Source of the DNA: Collinsella sp.
GTDB taxonomy: Bacteria; Actinomycetota; Coriobacteriia; Coriobacteriales; Coriobacteriaceae
Length of the DNA stretch: 64,000 bases
NCBI GenBank assembly: GCA_036302865.1
Contig: JAXJBU010000022.1
Location: 4,098 to 68,097 of the forward strand
Direction of reading: 5' to 3'
Part shown: positions 29,573 through 38,482 of the stretch, in pieces
Position numbering within the stretch: position 1 is the first letter of the stretch
How the letters are laid out: every line of letters starts with the position of its first letter
The notes under the pieces: generated by a model
Told to the model about the DNA's origin: nothing
What the model saw: the letters and a program-made list of their open reading frames with translations, nothing else
Database searches by the model: none
Translations under genes and position numbers: made by a program

Positions 29573-30385
29573 ATGACAGCTATCGATCGAGACCGGGCGC
29601 GCGCGGCCTTCAAAAGCTACACCGATGCCTACGACGCCACCAACCCACGCATCGCGCTCAAAATCGAGCATACGTACCACGTGGCCGAGGCATGCGATGC
29701 CGTAGCGCGCGAGCAGGGCTGGTCGTCAGAAGATATTGACCTGGCATGGCTTTGCGGCCTGCTACACGATATGGGCCGCTTTGAGCAGCTGCGACGCTGG
29801 GACACCTTTAAGGACGCCGAGAGCATGGGCCATGCGGCGCTGGGCATCGAGGTCCTCTTTGGCGAGAATCCCGCCGATGCACCCGCCGTAACAAGCATCC
29901 GCGACTTTATCGATGACCCGGCAGAAGATGAGCTCATCCGAGCGAGCATTGCCTATCACAGCGATTTCCGTCTACCCGCGCAGCTCGACGTGCGCACGCG
30001 AAGCTTCTGCGATATCGTGCGCGATGGTGACAAGATCGACATTATGCGCACCATCGCCGACAGCACCGTCGACACCATCCTCAAGGTGGATGAGGACGCG
30101 TTTCTAGCCAGTCGCTTCTCGGCACCGACGCTTGCCGCCTTTGACGAGCACCGTTGCGTCGCACGCGATGAACGCGACGAGCCCGCAGACTACTTGGTGG
30201 GACTCATCTGCTTTATGTTTGAGCTCGTCTATCCAGCGAGCCGCGCGCTGGCGCGCGAACAGGGCGATATCCACCGCCTGCTCGACGCGCCCTTTGGCAT
30301 TACGCGGCCCTTTACCGACCCCGCCACGCAGGCAACCTGGAGCCGCCTAAAGGACGAGATGCGCGACTGGCTGACGCGCGCCTAG
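29573..30385 (+). CDS. HD-domain phosphohydrolase
   Basis: KIEHT, LLHDMGRFEQ, HAALG, YH, RDGDKIDI. Confidence 0.85.
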   Translation: MTAIDRDRARAAFKSYTDAYDATNPRIALKIEHTYHVAEACDAVAREQGWSSEDIDLAWLCGLLHDMGRFEQLRRWDTFKDAESMGHAALGIEVLFGENPADAPAVTSIRDFIDDPAEDELIRASIAYHSDFRLPAQLDVRTRSFCDIVRDGDKIDIMRTIADSTVDTILKVDEDAFLASRFSAPTLAAFDEHRCVARDERDEPADYLVGLICFMFELVYPASRALAREQGDIHRLLDAPFGITRPFTDPATQATWSRLKDEMRDWLTRA

Positions 30386-31587
30386 CGCTCAAGCTGGGCC
30401 AGCAGCTCCTCGACGACCTCGACGGCGTCCCCAACAACCTTGTACTGGGCGGCACCAAAGATGGGGGCATCCGGGTCCTCATTGATGGCGACAATGCACT
30501 CCGCCCCACCGATGCCGGCGAGATGCTGGATAGCGCCCGAGACACCGATGCTCACGAGGAGCTTGGGCGAGACCGATACACCCGTCTGGCCAATTTGGTG
30601 GCGATACTCCAGCCAGCCGGCCTCCACCACGGGGCGCGTGCAGCCAAGCTCGGCACCCAGAGCCTCGGCAAGCTTTCGCATCAGCGGTAGGTTTTTCTTG
30701 GAGCCGATGCCGCGGCCCACCACGACTAGACGCTCGGCATCGGCAATTGAGGCCTGCTGTCCCCACTCCTCGGCGGGAATCGAGATCTCGACACGGGCCT
30801 TAACGTCATCCGCTAGCACTACCTGGGCAATCGTGCCGGAGCGACTATAGTCAAACTCGGGCGCCTTAAAGATGCCGGGGCGCACCGTTGCCATCTGAGG
30901 ACGGTGGTTGGGGCAGATAATGGTGGCCATCAGGTTGCCGCCAAACGCCGGGCGCGTCTGCTGCAGCAGACCCGTCTCCGTATCCATCGAAAGCACCGTG
31001 CAATCGGCCGTAAGGCCCGTCTGCAAGCGCACGGCCACACCGGGCGCCAGCTCGCGACCAAAGGCGGTCGCGCCGTACAGAATGGCCTCGGGCTTGCGCT
31101 CGGCTACCAAATCGCAGATCAAGCGGGCGTAGACCTCCGCGTCGTTCTGACGCAGGCGCTCGTCACGACAGACCAGAACTTCGTCCGCACCGGCGCAAAT
31201 CAGATGCTCCAGGTCCCCGAGTGAGCCCTCGGGGCTCATGCCGACCAGTGCCACCAGACGGCAGCCGCGGGCATCGGCAAGCTCGCGCCCCCTGCCCATG
31301 AGCTCGAAGGCCACGGATGCAACGGCATCGTGCTCGTCAGTCTGCACGAAGATCCAGATGTCTCGATATGCGTCAAGGTCTGCCGCGCCGGCGGCCTCGT
31401 CGCGCTCAATCGAGATGGCGTTGACGGGGCAGGCGTCGACGCACCCGCCGCACAGGATACAGCCGTCGGTTACGCGGGCACAGCGATTGGGGCGCTCGCC
31501 CTCCACCACAATGCCGCCCGAGGCGCAGGCGCGAACGCAGCGACCACAGCCGATGCAGGCTTCGCTATCGATAATCAGCCCGCTCAT
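30382..31587 (-). CDS. etfA: Electron transfer flavoprotein alpha subunit with N-terminal 2[4Fe-4S] ferredoxin domain
   Basis: CIGCGRCVRAC and CILCGGCVDACP; GLTADCT, RPAFGG, QIGQTG, GVSGAIQHLAG. Confidence 0.92.
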   Translation of the reverse strand: MSGLIIDSEACIGCGRCVRACASGGIVVEGERPNRCARVTDGCILCGGCVDACPVNAISIERDEAAGAADLDAYRDIWIFVQTDEHDAVASVAFELMGRGRELADARGCRLVALVGMSPEGSLGDLEHLICAGADEVLVCRDERLRQNDAEVYARLICDLVAERKPEAILYGATAFGRELAPGVAVRLQTGLTADCTVLSMDTETGLLQQTRPAFGGNLMATIICPNHRPQMATVRPGIFKAPEFDYSRSGTIAQVVLADDVKARVEISIPAEEWGQQASIADAERLVVVGRGIGSKKNLPLMRKLAEALGAELGCTRPVVEAGWLEYRHQIGQTGVSVSPKLLVSIGVSGAIQHLAGIGGAECIVAINEDPDAPIFGAAQYKVVGDAVEVVEELLAQLER

Positions 31588-32409
31588 CTATGCCATCCCC
31601 TCGATAATCTTGGCAAGTTTTACCGCCTGCTCGGACGCCGTTCCCTCAACGGCCTCGCACGTTTGGTCACGGTCGGGCACAAACGAGCGCACGACCTGCG
31701 TCGGTGATCCGGCAAGGCCGCAACGCGAAGGATCGGCGTTTACGTCGGCAGCGCTGGCCACGCGCACGTCTGCATCCTCGGCCGCGCGAATACCGGCAAT
31801 ACTCGGCATGCGCAGCTGGCCAATCTCCTTGGCGGTCGTCATCGCACATGGCATCTCCAGGTACACCGTCTCCTCGCCGGCATCGCAGCCGTGGACGAGC
31901 GCCAGCGAGCCACACGTCGTAAATCCCGCGCTCTGCACACAGCTCACGTCGGTCACGCAGGGGACCCCAAAGGCGCCGGCCAGCTCGGGGCCGATCTGGG
32001 CCGTATCGCCGTCCACTGCCATCTTGCCGCAGATGAGCAGGTCAAAGTCCTCATCGAGTGCCTCGATGCCGCATTTGAGGGCATAGGTGGTGGCTAGGGT
32101 ATCGGCGCCCGCAAAGGCTCGGTCGGTCAGCAGCAGCGCGTCGTCGGCACCGCGGGCGATGCAGTCGCGCAGCAGCGATTCGGTCGCGGGGATGCCCATC
32201 GACACCACCGTCACACGCACGTCCATGCCAAAGCCGATAAAGTCGTCCTTCAGCGCTAGCGCACATTCGAGGGCACTTGCATCGAAGGGATTAATGACCG
32301 CCTGCTTGCCATCACGCACGATAGTATTGGTCTTGGGGTCCATCTTGACCTCGGTGCTTCCGGGCACCGCCTTGACGCACACCACCATATGGAAATCACT
32401 CATCTTCAC
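31588..32409 (-). CDS. etfB: Electron transfer flavoprotein beta subunit
   Basis: VCVKAVP, INPFD, DRAFAGADTLAT, GKMAVDGDTAQIGP. Confidence 0.93.
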   Translation of the reverse strand: MKMSDFHMVVCVKAVPGSTEVKMDPKTNTIVRDGKQAVINPFDASALECALALKDDFIGFGMDVRVTVVSMGIPATESLLRDCIARGADDALLLTDRAFAGADTLATTYALKCGIEALDEDFDLLICGKMAVDGDTAQIGPELAGAFGVPCVTDVSCVQSAGFTTCGSLALVHGCDAGEETVYLEMPCAMTTAKEIGQLRMPSIAGIRAAEDADVRVASAADVNADPSRCGLAGSPTQVVRSFVPDRDQTCEAVEGTASEQAVKLAKIIEGMA

Positions 32410-34007
32410 GCGCCCCCTTTCTGGACGAGTTCATCCAAGAGCTTCTCCGTAAACAGGTTGCCGCGACCCAGCTGGCCGGCAGGATCGAGCTGGAGTTTGA
32501 GACGCGCCGACTCGACCATGGCCTCGTGGCCGTACATCGTCTCCAAGAAGCCCGCCTTGATCTTGCCGACGCCGTGTTCGGCAGAAACGGCACCGCCCAT
32601 GGCCGTGACCTCGGAAGCCCACTGGGCAAAGAGCTCTCCACCACGACGGTAGTCTTGCGCATCACGCGGCAGGATGTTCACATGCAGATGGTTGTTCCCG
32701 ATGTGTCCCCAGGCAGCAGATTCAAGCCCGCTTTCGGCCAGCGTGCGGCGATAGAGGGCCACGACATCGGCAAGGCGTGCATTGGGCACCGACATATCCG
32801 ATCCCAGCTTGGTAATGGTGGGGTCGGTGCGGCGACGCTCGTCAATGAGCATGTTGACGCTCTCGGGCACCGCGTGGCGGAAGAACCGCTGGCACTCGCG
32901 ATCGACTTCGGTGCGGGCGACCCATGTCGCATCGTCGCGGCCGCCCGCAAGCTCCAGCACCCATCCCAGGTGGTACAGCTCCTCGGTCGCCTGCGCCTCG
33001 TCATCGCAGTCGAGCTCCACGTAGACACATACCTTGGCCTCTTTGTCGAGCGCCGGCAGCGAGGCAAACGCCGTCGACTGCTCGCGCTGGCGACGTAGAA
33101 TATCCAGGGCGCCAGCATCGAAGTACTCGATGGCAGCCGCATGGGACAGGACAGGGCGCACGGAATCGGTAAAGGACACCGCCTTGTCCTCGCTATCGAA
33201 AAAGCAACTCACACCCCAAACGACCGCAGGCGCCGCCTGCAGGGCAATCTCGAGCTCGGTGATAACGCCGAGCGTGCCGCACGCGCCGATAAAGAGGTCG
33301 ATGGCGTCCATATCGTCCGCAACGAAATAGCCTGAGGCATTTTTTGTCTCGGGCATGGTATAGCCGGGAAGATCGAGCTCGAGCGTACGGCCCTCTGCCG
33401 TCACGAGCGACAGGTGGCGGCCCTGGGCAAAAGCCTCGCCGCGCTGAAGCTCAAGCAAATCGCCATCAGCCAGCGCGACGTGGAGTCCCGTGATATGCGG
33501 GCGCATGGGGCCGTAAGCGTAGCTGCGGGCGCCGGAGGCGTTGCATGCCGCCATGCCACCCAGACAGGCAGATGCCTCGGTGGGATCGGTGGGAAAGAAC
33601 TGCTCGGGGGACTCTTGGAACTCCTCGTAGGCCTCAAGCGATGCCTGGTCCCAACCAGCGGTCGGCAGTACCTTCTTGCTCAGCTGCTTACGCAGCTCCG
33701 AGAGCACAACGCCCGGCTCCACGCGCAGCAGAAATTGGCCTTGTTCATCGCGGCGAAGGCCCAAGTAGCGATTCATACGGGAAGTATTGAGGATATGCCC
33801 ACCGTGGGGCACGGCACCGGCGGCAAGGCCGGTTCGGGCGCCCTGAACCGTTACCGGGACACGCTCGGCATGGAGCGTTTCCAAAATGGCACGGACCTCG
33901 TCTTCCGTTGTCGGAAACGAGATGCTCGATGCTTCGCCCGATGCACGAGATTCATCGCGGCCATACTCTTCGAACTCATCGGTGAAGGGTTTAATGGTTG
34001 CAGACAC
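32406..34007 (-). CDS. FAD-linked 2-hydroxyacid (D-lactate/glycolate-type) dehydrogenase, GlcD/LctD family
   Basis: GARTGLAAG, DPTE, GGMAACNASG, GTLGVITE, GHIGNNHLH, SAEHGVG. Confidence 0.85.
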   Translation of the reverse strand: MSATIKPFTDEFEEYGRDESRASGEASSISFPTTEDEVRAILETLHAERVPVTVQGARTGLAAGAVPHGGHILNTSRMNRYLGLRRDEQGQFLLRVEPGVVLSELRKQLSKKVLPTAGWDQASLEAYEEFQESPEQFFPTDPTEASACLGGMAACNASGARSYAYGPMRPHITGLHVALADGDLLELQRGEAFAQGRHLSLVTAEGRTLELDLPGYTMPETKNASGYFVADDMDAIDLFIGACGTLGVITELEIALQAAPAVVWGVSCFFDSEDKAVSFTDSVRPVLSHAAAIEYFDAGALDILRRQREQSTAFASLPALDKEAKVCVYVELDCDDEAQATEELYHLGWVLELAGGRDDATWVARTEVDRECQRFFRHAVPESVNMLIDERRRTDPTITKLGSDMSVPNARLADVVALYRRTLAESGLESAAWGHIGNNHLHVNILPRDAQDYRRGGELFAQWASEVTAMGGAVSAEHGVGKIKAGFLETMYGHEAMVESARLKLQLDPAGQLGRGNLFTEKLLDELVQKGGA

Positions 34008-34353
34008 GCGAACTCCCCCTTTAGCTAACTACAGTGTTTGCAGGGAGATGTTACCGCATCGTTTCGTCGACGTGTTCGAGACCGTCTCCATAATTGGCGA
34101 TTTTTACGTTTGTGCAATTCGGCGAACGGCAAGGCTTCCTCGGCAGACGATGCTTTTGACACATATCGCCCCGCCGTCGCCGACCGCTCGATTGTCGCTC
34201 GAAAAAAGTTGAAGTAATTTTTTCCACCTTTTACCTGCGGAGATGTCAATCCGTCAAGCATTTGGTCAGAAATTGGTCAAGTAGCGGCTGATACGGTCGG
34301 CGTCGACAGCCAAAACCGATAGAAGTTTTGGCCCCAGAAGCAGGGAGGTTCCC

Positions 34354-34650
34354 ATGGCATATTACTGGCCCCAGTACGGCGTCGCCATCGAGGTCGACGA
34401 CGATCCCTATCTCCTGCCTTTCGACGAAGAGGCGTTCCCCGATACGGCGGTCTACCACGTCACCACCGATGTTATCTGCGACCCCGAGTCGTTCTCGGCG
34501 CTCGCCCACCACATCGCGCGTATCCACGACATCGAGCTCCCTCACGACTTTGACGAGCTCATCTACTCGCGCCGCCTGATGCTTCACATGCTCTTTGGAG
34601 CGGACCCGTCCACGTTCGCACGTGTCTACACCACCAAGGACGCCGCATGA
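34354..34650 (+). CDS. Hypothetical protein, first gene of secreted-protein cluster
   Basis: GGGAGG RBS; ATGA overlap with next gene. Confidence 0.6.
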   Translation: MAYYWPQYGVAIEVDDDPYLLPFDEEAFPDTAVYHVTTDVICDPESFSALAHHIARIHDIELPHDFDELIYSRRLMLHMLFGADPSTFARVYTTKDAA

Positions 34651-35156
34651 GTGCGAAGAAGCCGCCCCGCCTCGCAGGACTGGGGCGTCGCAAGAAACTC
34701 GTCGTTGTCTGTCTGGCTATCGTCTGCGCCCTCATCGCCGTAGGGCTATACGCCTGGCAGTCGCAGCCCGTGCCCGAAGCGGGCGCCTCAGTCACGACGG
34801 CAGAGGGTAAATCGCGACAAGAAATCCAAGATGAGCTCGATGCCATCGTCCGCGACAACATGATGACGATTTCGGTCGCGCCGGTCGCTCAGCTACAGGA
34901 GGACGGCAAGCTGCGCGTCAACGTGCAAAACGTCCAAGACAATAAATTTCCCCAGCGATTCCGCGTCATCCAAAACGACGAGACCATGTACGAATCCGGT
35001 GTGGTCGAGACCGGCAAGACAATCGAGACGTGCCCCGCCGGCGACATCAAAGAAGGCGAGGCATACATCGAAATCCAGGCACTCGATGCCAAGACCCTCG
35101 ACAGCCACGGCAATCCGACACGTGTCAGGGTACGGGTTGAGCAAGCCGAGAACTAG
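34647..35156 (+). CDS. Membrane-anchored hypothetical protein (N-terminal TM, extracellular beta domain)
   Basis: Basic N-terminus plus TM; QDELDAIV..MTISVAP..VQN..N..YESG. Confidence 0.75.
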   Translation: MSAKKPPRLAGLGRRKKLVVVCLAIVCALIAVGLYAWQSQPVPEAGASVTTAEGKSRQEIQDELDAIVRDNMMTISVAPVAQLQEDGKLRVNVQNVQDNKFPQRFRVIQNDETMYESGVVETGKTIETCPAGDIKEGEAYIEIQALDAKTLDSHGNPTRVRVRVEQAEN

Positions 35157-35246
35157 CTTTTTCGGCCGACGCGGCACCGCACGCAATTCACCAGCATTCG
35201 TCCAATCATCGCGGGGACGGCCCGCGGCGAATAGAAAGGAACGACC

Positions 35247-35846
35247 ATGGACATCACCAGGAACATGAACGGAGCCAGAGCGCTCGTCGTGGGCGCAGGG
35301 CTCGCGCTCGCGCTCGCAATGGGCGCCGCCCCGACGCCAGCTCTGGCAGCCGGGCGCGTTGGAACCACGAAAGTAATGGTCAGGACCGAGATCGACAACG
35401 TAGAGTTCAAAGTTCCGACGGTTATTCCCTTCGTCGCCAAGGCCGACGGCACGCTTCAGGGCCCCTCAGAAGACGCGACCACCATCGACAATCATTCAGC
35501 CTACGGCATCCATGTCACCAACATGAAGATCGACGCCATGAACACCTGGACCATTGCCGCCGACGCCAAGGCCGGAACCGCGCAGAATTCCATCGACTTT
35601 AAGGTCGGCCCCGACGGCGCACTCCAGAACGCCAGCGCCGCAATGCAGGAGACGGGCCTCGATCTTTCCAAGAATGCAGCCTTCGACATGGGCTACCAGG
35701 GCATTGCCGGCGGCACGGACAAAATTAAGCTCAAGACAAGCGGAAACGTCGCCCGCGTCACGCGCGACATCTTCCGCGTAACCGGCGAAGGCGATCAGGT
35801 TGCAACGATCACCTGGACGGTCGAGCCCGGTGCGCACACGGCATAA
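35247..35846 (+). CDS. Secreted protein, possible fibre/pilin-like subunit
   Basis: GAAAGGA RBS; signal peptide ending PALA; beta-rich mature domain ending ITWTV. Confidence 0.75.
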   Translation: MDITRNMNGARALVVGAGLALALAMGAAPTPALAAGRVGTTKVMVRTEIDNVEFKVPTVIPFVAKADGTLQGPSEDATTIDNHSAYGIHVTNMKIDAMNTWTIAADAKAGTAQNSIDFKVGPDGALQNASAAMQETGLDLSKNAAFDMGYQGIAGGTDKIKLKTSGNVARVTRDIFRVTGEGDQVATITWTVEPGAHTA

Positions 35847-36111
35847 GGCCGTCGCCCTGGCCGCCGCCGTCAGTATCCTATCGTTTGGGCCAGCCATGGC
35901 CTTTGCCCAGCAAGAACAGGCGCAGGCCGCCACGCAAGTGACGGTCGACCTCTCGGAGCTCGACCGCGGCAACTGCAAGGAACCGTTGGCACAGACAGAC
36001 GACAGACGATGGCTCTTGGCAGCAGGCGCCACGGCAGCAGGCGCGGGAACCGCCGGCCTCGGTCTGCACATCAAACGCAGCCAGAAACGAAACACGGACA
36101 GGCCGCACTAA
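35830..36111 (+). CDS. Small secreted protein with sortase-like C-terminal signal
   Basis: GTG start overlapping upstream gene; signal peptide AMAFA; LAQTDD + hydrophobic stretch + KRSQKR tail. Confidence 0.55.
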   Translation: MRTRHKAVALAAAVSILSFGPAMAFAQQEQAQAATQVTVDLSELDRGNCKEPLAQTDDRRWLLAAGATAAGAGTAGLGLHIKRSQKRNTDRPH

Positions 36112-36129
36112 ATTAGCTAAGGAGACCCC

Positions 36130-37560
36130 ATGGCATCGAAGAACCTTTTGCCCGTCGTCGCACTCTGCGGCGCGCTCGCAACCGGAACGCCTGTCGCCGC
36201 TTGGGCGACTCCCGTCATGGCAGACTCCTTACCAGCAGCCCTAAGCTCCGCACCAAATCCGTCGAGCGCCATTGCGTGCAAGCGTTTTTCGTTCGCACAG
36301 GCCGCAATCTCAACCTCGGGATGCCTTCGTCGTAATACGGACGGCTCGATAGTCGTGGATATCAATCGTTCGAACAAGGCAAACGGCTCCCAGGCGGGGT
36401 GCGCCGTCTGCACGTGGCGCTCGATTGTGCTCGATGCAGATGGCGATCCGTGCGATTTGGGGTTGCGCATCGATATCGCTTCGGTCGATGACTCGGCGAA
36501 CGGAGCGAAGGTCGCCTTCGACGGTGCGTTTTTCGAGAAAGGAGGCGGTATATGTCTGGGCTGCGCCGCCGCGAATGCAGACGATGTGCAGCCCACCCTC
36601 TCATTCACGGCATCGCTGCGGCTGACCAAGGCGGGCACCGACGCCATCGCGGCGGGAGAAGCATCCCTGCTGTTCTACGCCGCCAGTACCGAAGACACAG
36701 ACATTCATTTCGAGAAGCCGGCCGGATCGCTCAGCCTTACGCGCGGGGCGGAGGCAGGCCCTATTGCGATCGATACCCACACGCTAGGCAGGCAACACAT
36801 TCTTGCCGACCCGGCGCTTCTCGAGATGGAGTGGAACGGATCCGGAGCCGTCGGGATTGTCCCCTCCGCGCTTGACGCCAAGACGCTCCCCTCAAACGAC
36901 GAACCCGTCAACGCAACCATACAAGAAGAGAGCACGGACAAAGAAGCAGGTGCGGGCGACACGCCGTCGCCGACAAACAGCGTCCCAGCTTCTTTCGAAG
37001 CACCGAATGAGCCCGCTACCGGTCCAAACGATCCCGAGCTCGCGGACAGTCTGGGGCTTGCTGATCCTCAGGAGATCGATGAAGGTAACTGCTGCGTGCT
37101 TGCCGCCCTCGACCACACAGAGGTCATCGATGCTGCAAACATCGAAGTTGCCGCCGCCAATCAGCCCGTCCGCAAGTCGGCCATCATCGCATTTCCCGAA
37201 TCCATTGAAGTCGTCTATTTGCCATCGGGCGAGGTCGTGGCCCCAACGCTGCTCACCTTGTTGGGCGCCAAGAATACTCGAAACGAAATTAAAAAGGTCA
37301 CGGTTGTCGACCCTGCAACCACCGCTAAACTGCGTCTATACGCCGTTGCCCCAGACGGAGGCAAGACCTTGGAATTCGATGGCGACACACTTCTAGCCTG
37401 GCGACGTCTGGACATTATGCAAGACGTCTCGTATCAGATCGAACTCGAAGGGTTTGATCGTGCCCGCGATGCCAATATCATCGCCGCGGCTATTGAATCC
37501 CCGCAGCGGCTTATGACACTGCGCTTTGACTACTACCCCTATGTCCCGACAACCACCTGA
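36130..37560 (+). CDS. Secreted hypothetical protein (Cys-containing N-domain, Pro/Thr/Glu linker, C-domain)
   Basis: AAGGAG RBS; signal peptide; 476-aa ORF. Confidence 0.65.
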   Translation: MASKNLLPVVALCGALATGTPVAAWATPVMADSLPAALSSAPNPSSAIACKRFSFAQAAISTSGCLRRNTDGSIVVDINRSNKANGSQAGCAVCTWRSIVLDADGDPCDLGLRIDIASVDDSANGAKVAFDGAFFEKGGGICLGCAAANADDVQPTLSFTASLRLTKAGTDAIAAGEASLLFYAASTEDTDIHFEKPAGSLSLTRGAEAGPIAIDTHTLGRQHILADPALLEMEWNGSGAVGIVPSALDAKTLPSNDEPVNATIQEESTDKEAGAGDTPSPTNSVPASFEAPNEPATGPNDPELADSLGLADPQEIDEGNCCVLAALDHTEVIDAANIEVAAANQPVRKSAIIAFPESIEVVYLPSGEVVAPTLLTLLGAKNTRNEIKKVTVVDPATTAKLRLYAVAPDGGKTLEFDGDTLLAWRRLDIMQDVSYQIELEGFDRARDANIIAAAIESPQRLMTLRFDYYPYVPTTT

Positions 37561-37678
37561 GGCTTAAATGCTGCGCATCATTCCTAATACCACTTATATA
37601 ACGTATTAGATGAGTCGCGATGTGCCTCGCATTTCGTTCTGCTACGATTGCCACGTTGGCATCAATACAGGAGGGCTC

Positions 37679-38395
37679 ATGCCGGGCTTGGGAACAATCA
37701 TCAACGTTGCGCTTTTAGTTGCGGGCGGTCTTTTGGGATTAGCGGGCGGCCGCTTCATTACACCGCACATCCAAGACACGCTCATGAAAGCATCGGGGCT
37801 GTGCGTCCTGTTTATCGGCCTGGGCGGCACCATGCAAAAGATGCTCATCATCGATGGAAAGGCGCTAGCGACCACCGGTACCACCATGCTCATCGTCTCA
37901 TTTGCGCTCGGTTCGCTCATCGGCGAGGCCATCAACTTGGAGGCCGCCATCGAGAACCTTGGCGAATGGCTCAAGCGCAAGACTGGCAGTGAGGGCGATA
38001 ACGAGTTCACCAACGCTTTTGTCTCGACTTCACTCACCGTGTGCATCGGCGCCATGGCCATTGTGGGATCGATCCAGGACGGCCTGCTCGGCGACTGGTC
38101 AACGCTTGCCCTCAAGGGCGCACTGGACTGCATCATCGTCTGCACCATGACGGCCTCGCTTGGCCGCGGCTGCATCTTCTCCGCCCTGCCCGTCGCCGTG
38201 TTCCAGGGGACGATCACGTTGTTTGCCGGCGCGCTCTCCCCCATCATGACCACAGCTGCCCTCAACAGCCTTTCGCTCGTAGGTTCCATGCTCATCTTCT
38301 GTGTCGGCGTCAACCTCATCCGTCCTCAGACCTTCCGCACGGCCAATATGCTTCCCTCCGTCGTCATCGCCGTCATCTACGCCCTCCTGTTCTAA
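37679..38395 (+). CDS. DUF554 family membrane protein
   Basis: GTIIN, GSLIGE, CIGAMAIVGSIQDGL, FQG. Confidence 0.88.
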   Translation: MPGLGTIINVALLVAGGLLGLAGGRFITPHIQDTLMKASGLCVLFIGLGGTMQKMLIIDGKALATTGTTMLIVSFALGSLIGEAINLEAAIENLGEWLKRKTGSEGDNEFTNAFVSTSLTVCIGAMAIVGSIQDGLLGDWSTLALKGALDCIIVCTMTASLGRGCIFSALPVAVFQGTITLFAGALSPIMTTAALNSLSLVGSMLIFCVGVNLIRPQTFRTANMLPSVVIAVIYALLF

Positions 38396-38416
38396 ATCTA
38401 TCAACGCAGCGGTATC

Positions 38417-38446
38417 TCGAACATCTGTTTGATGCTGTGCTATGAT
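38417..38446 (+). promoter_or_regulatory. LexA (SOS)-like box plus extended -10 of the TerB/ATPase/helicase operon
   Basis: TCGAAC-ATCT-GTTTGA at 38417-38432 (one mismatch to TCGAAC-N4-GTTCGA); TGcTATGAT at 38438-38446. Confidence 0.65.
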
Positions 38447-38482
38447 ATGAGGTCACCGTAGCTGTGTTCGAGAGGAGGAGCG

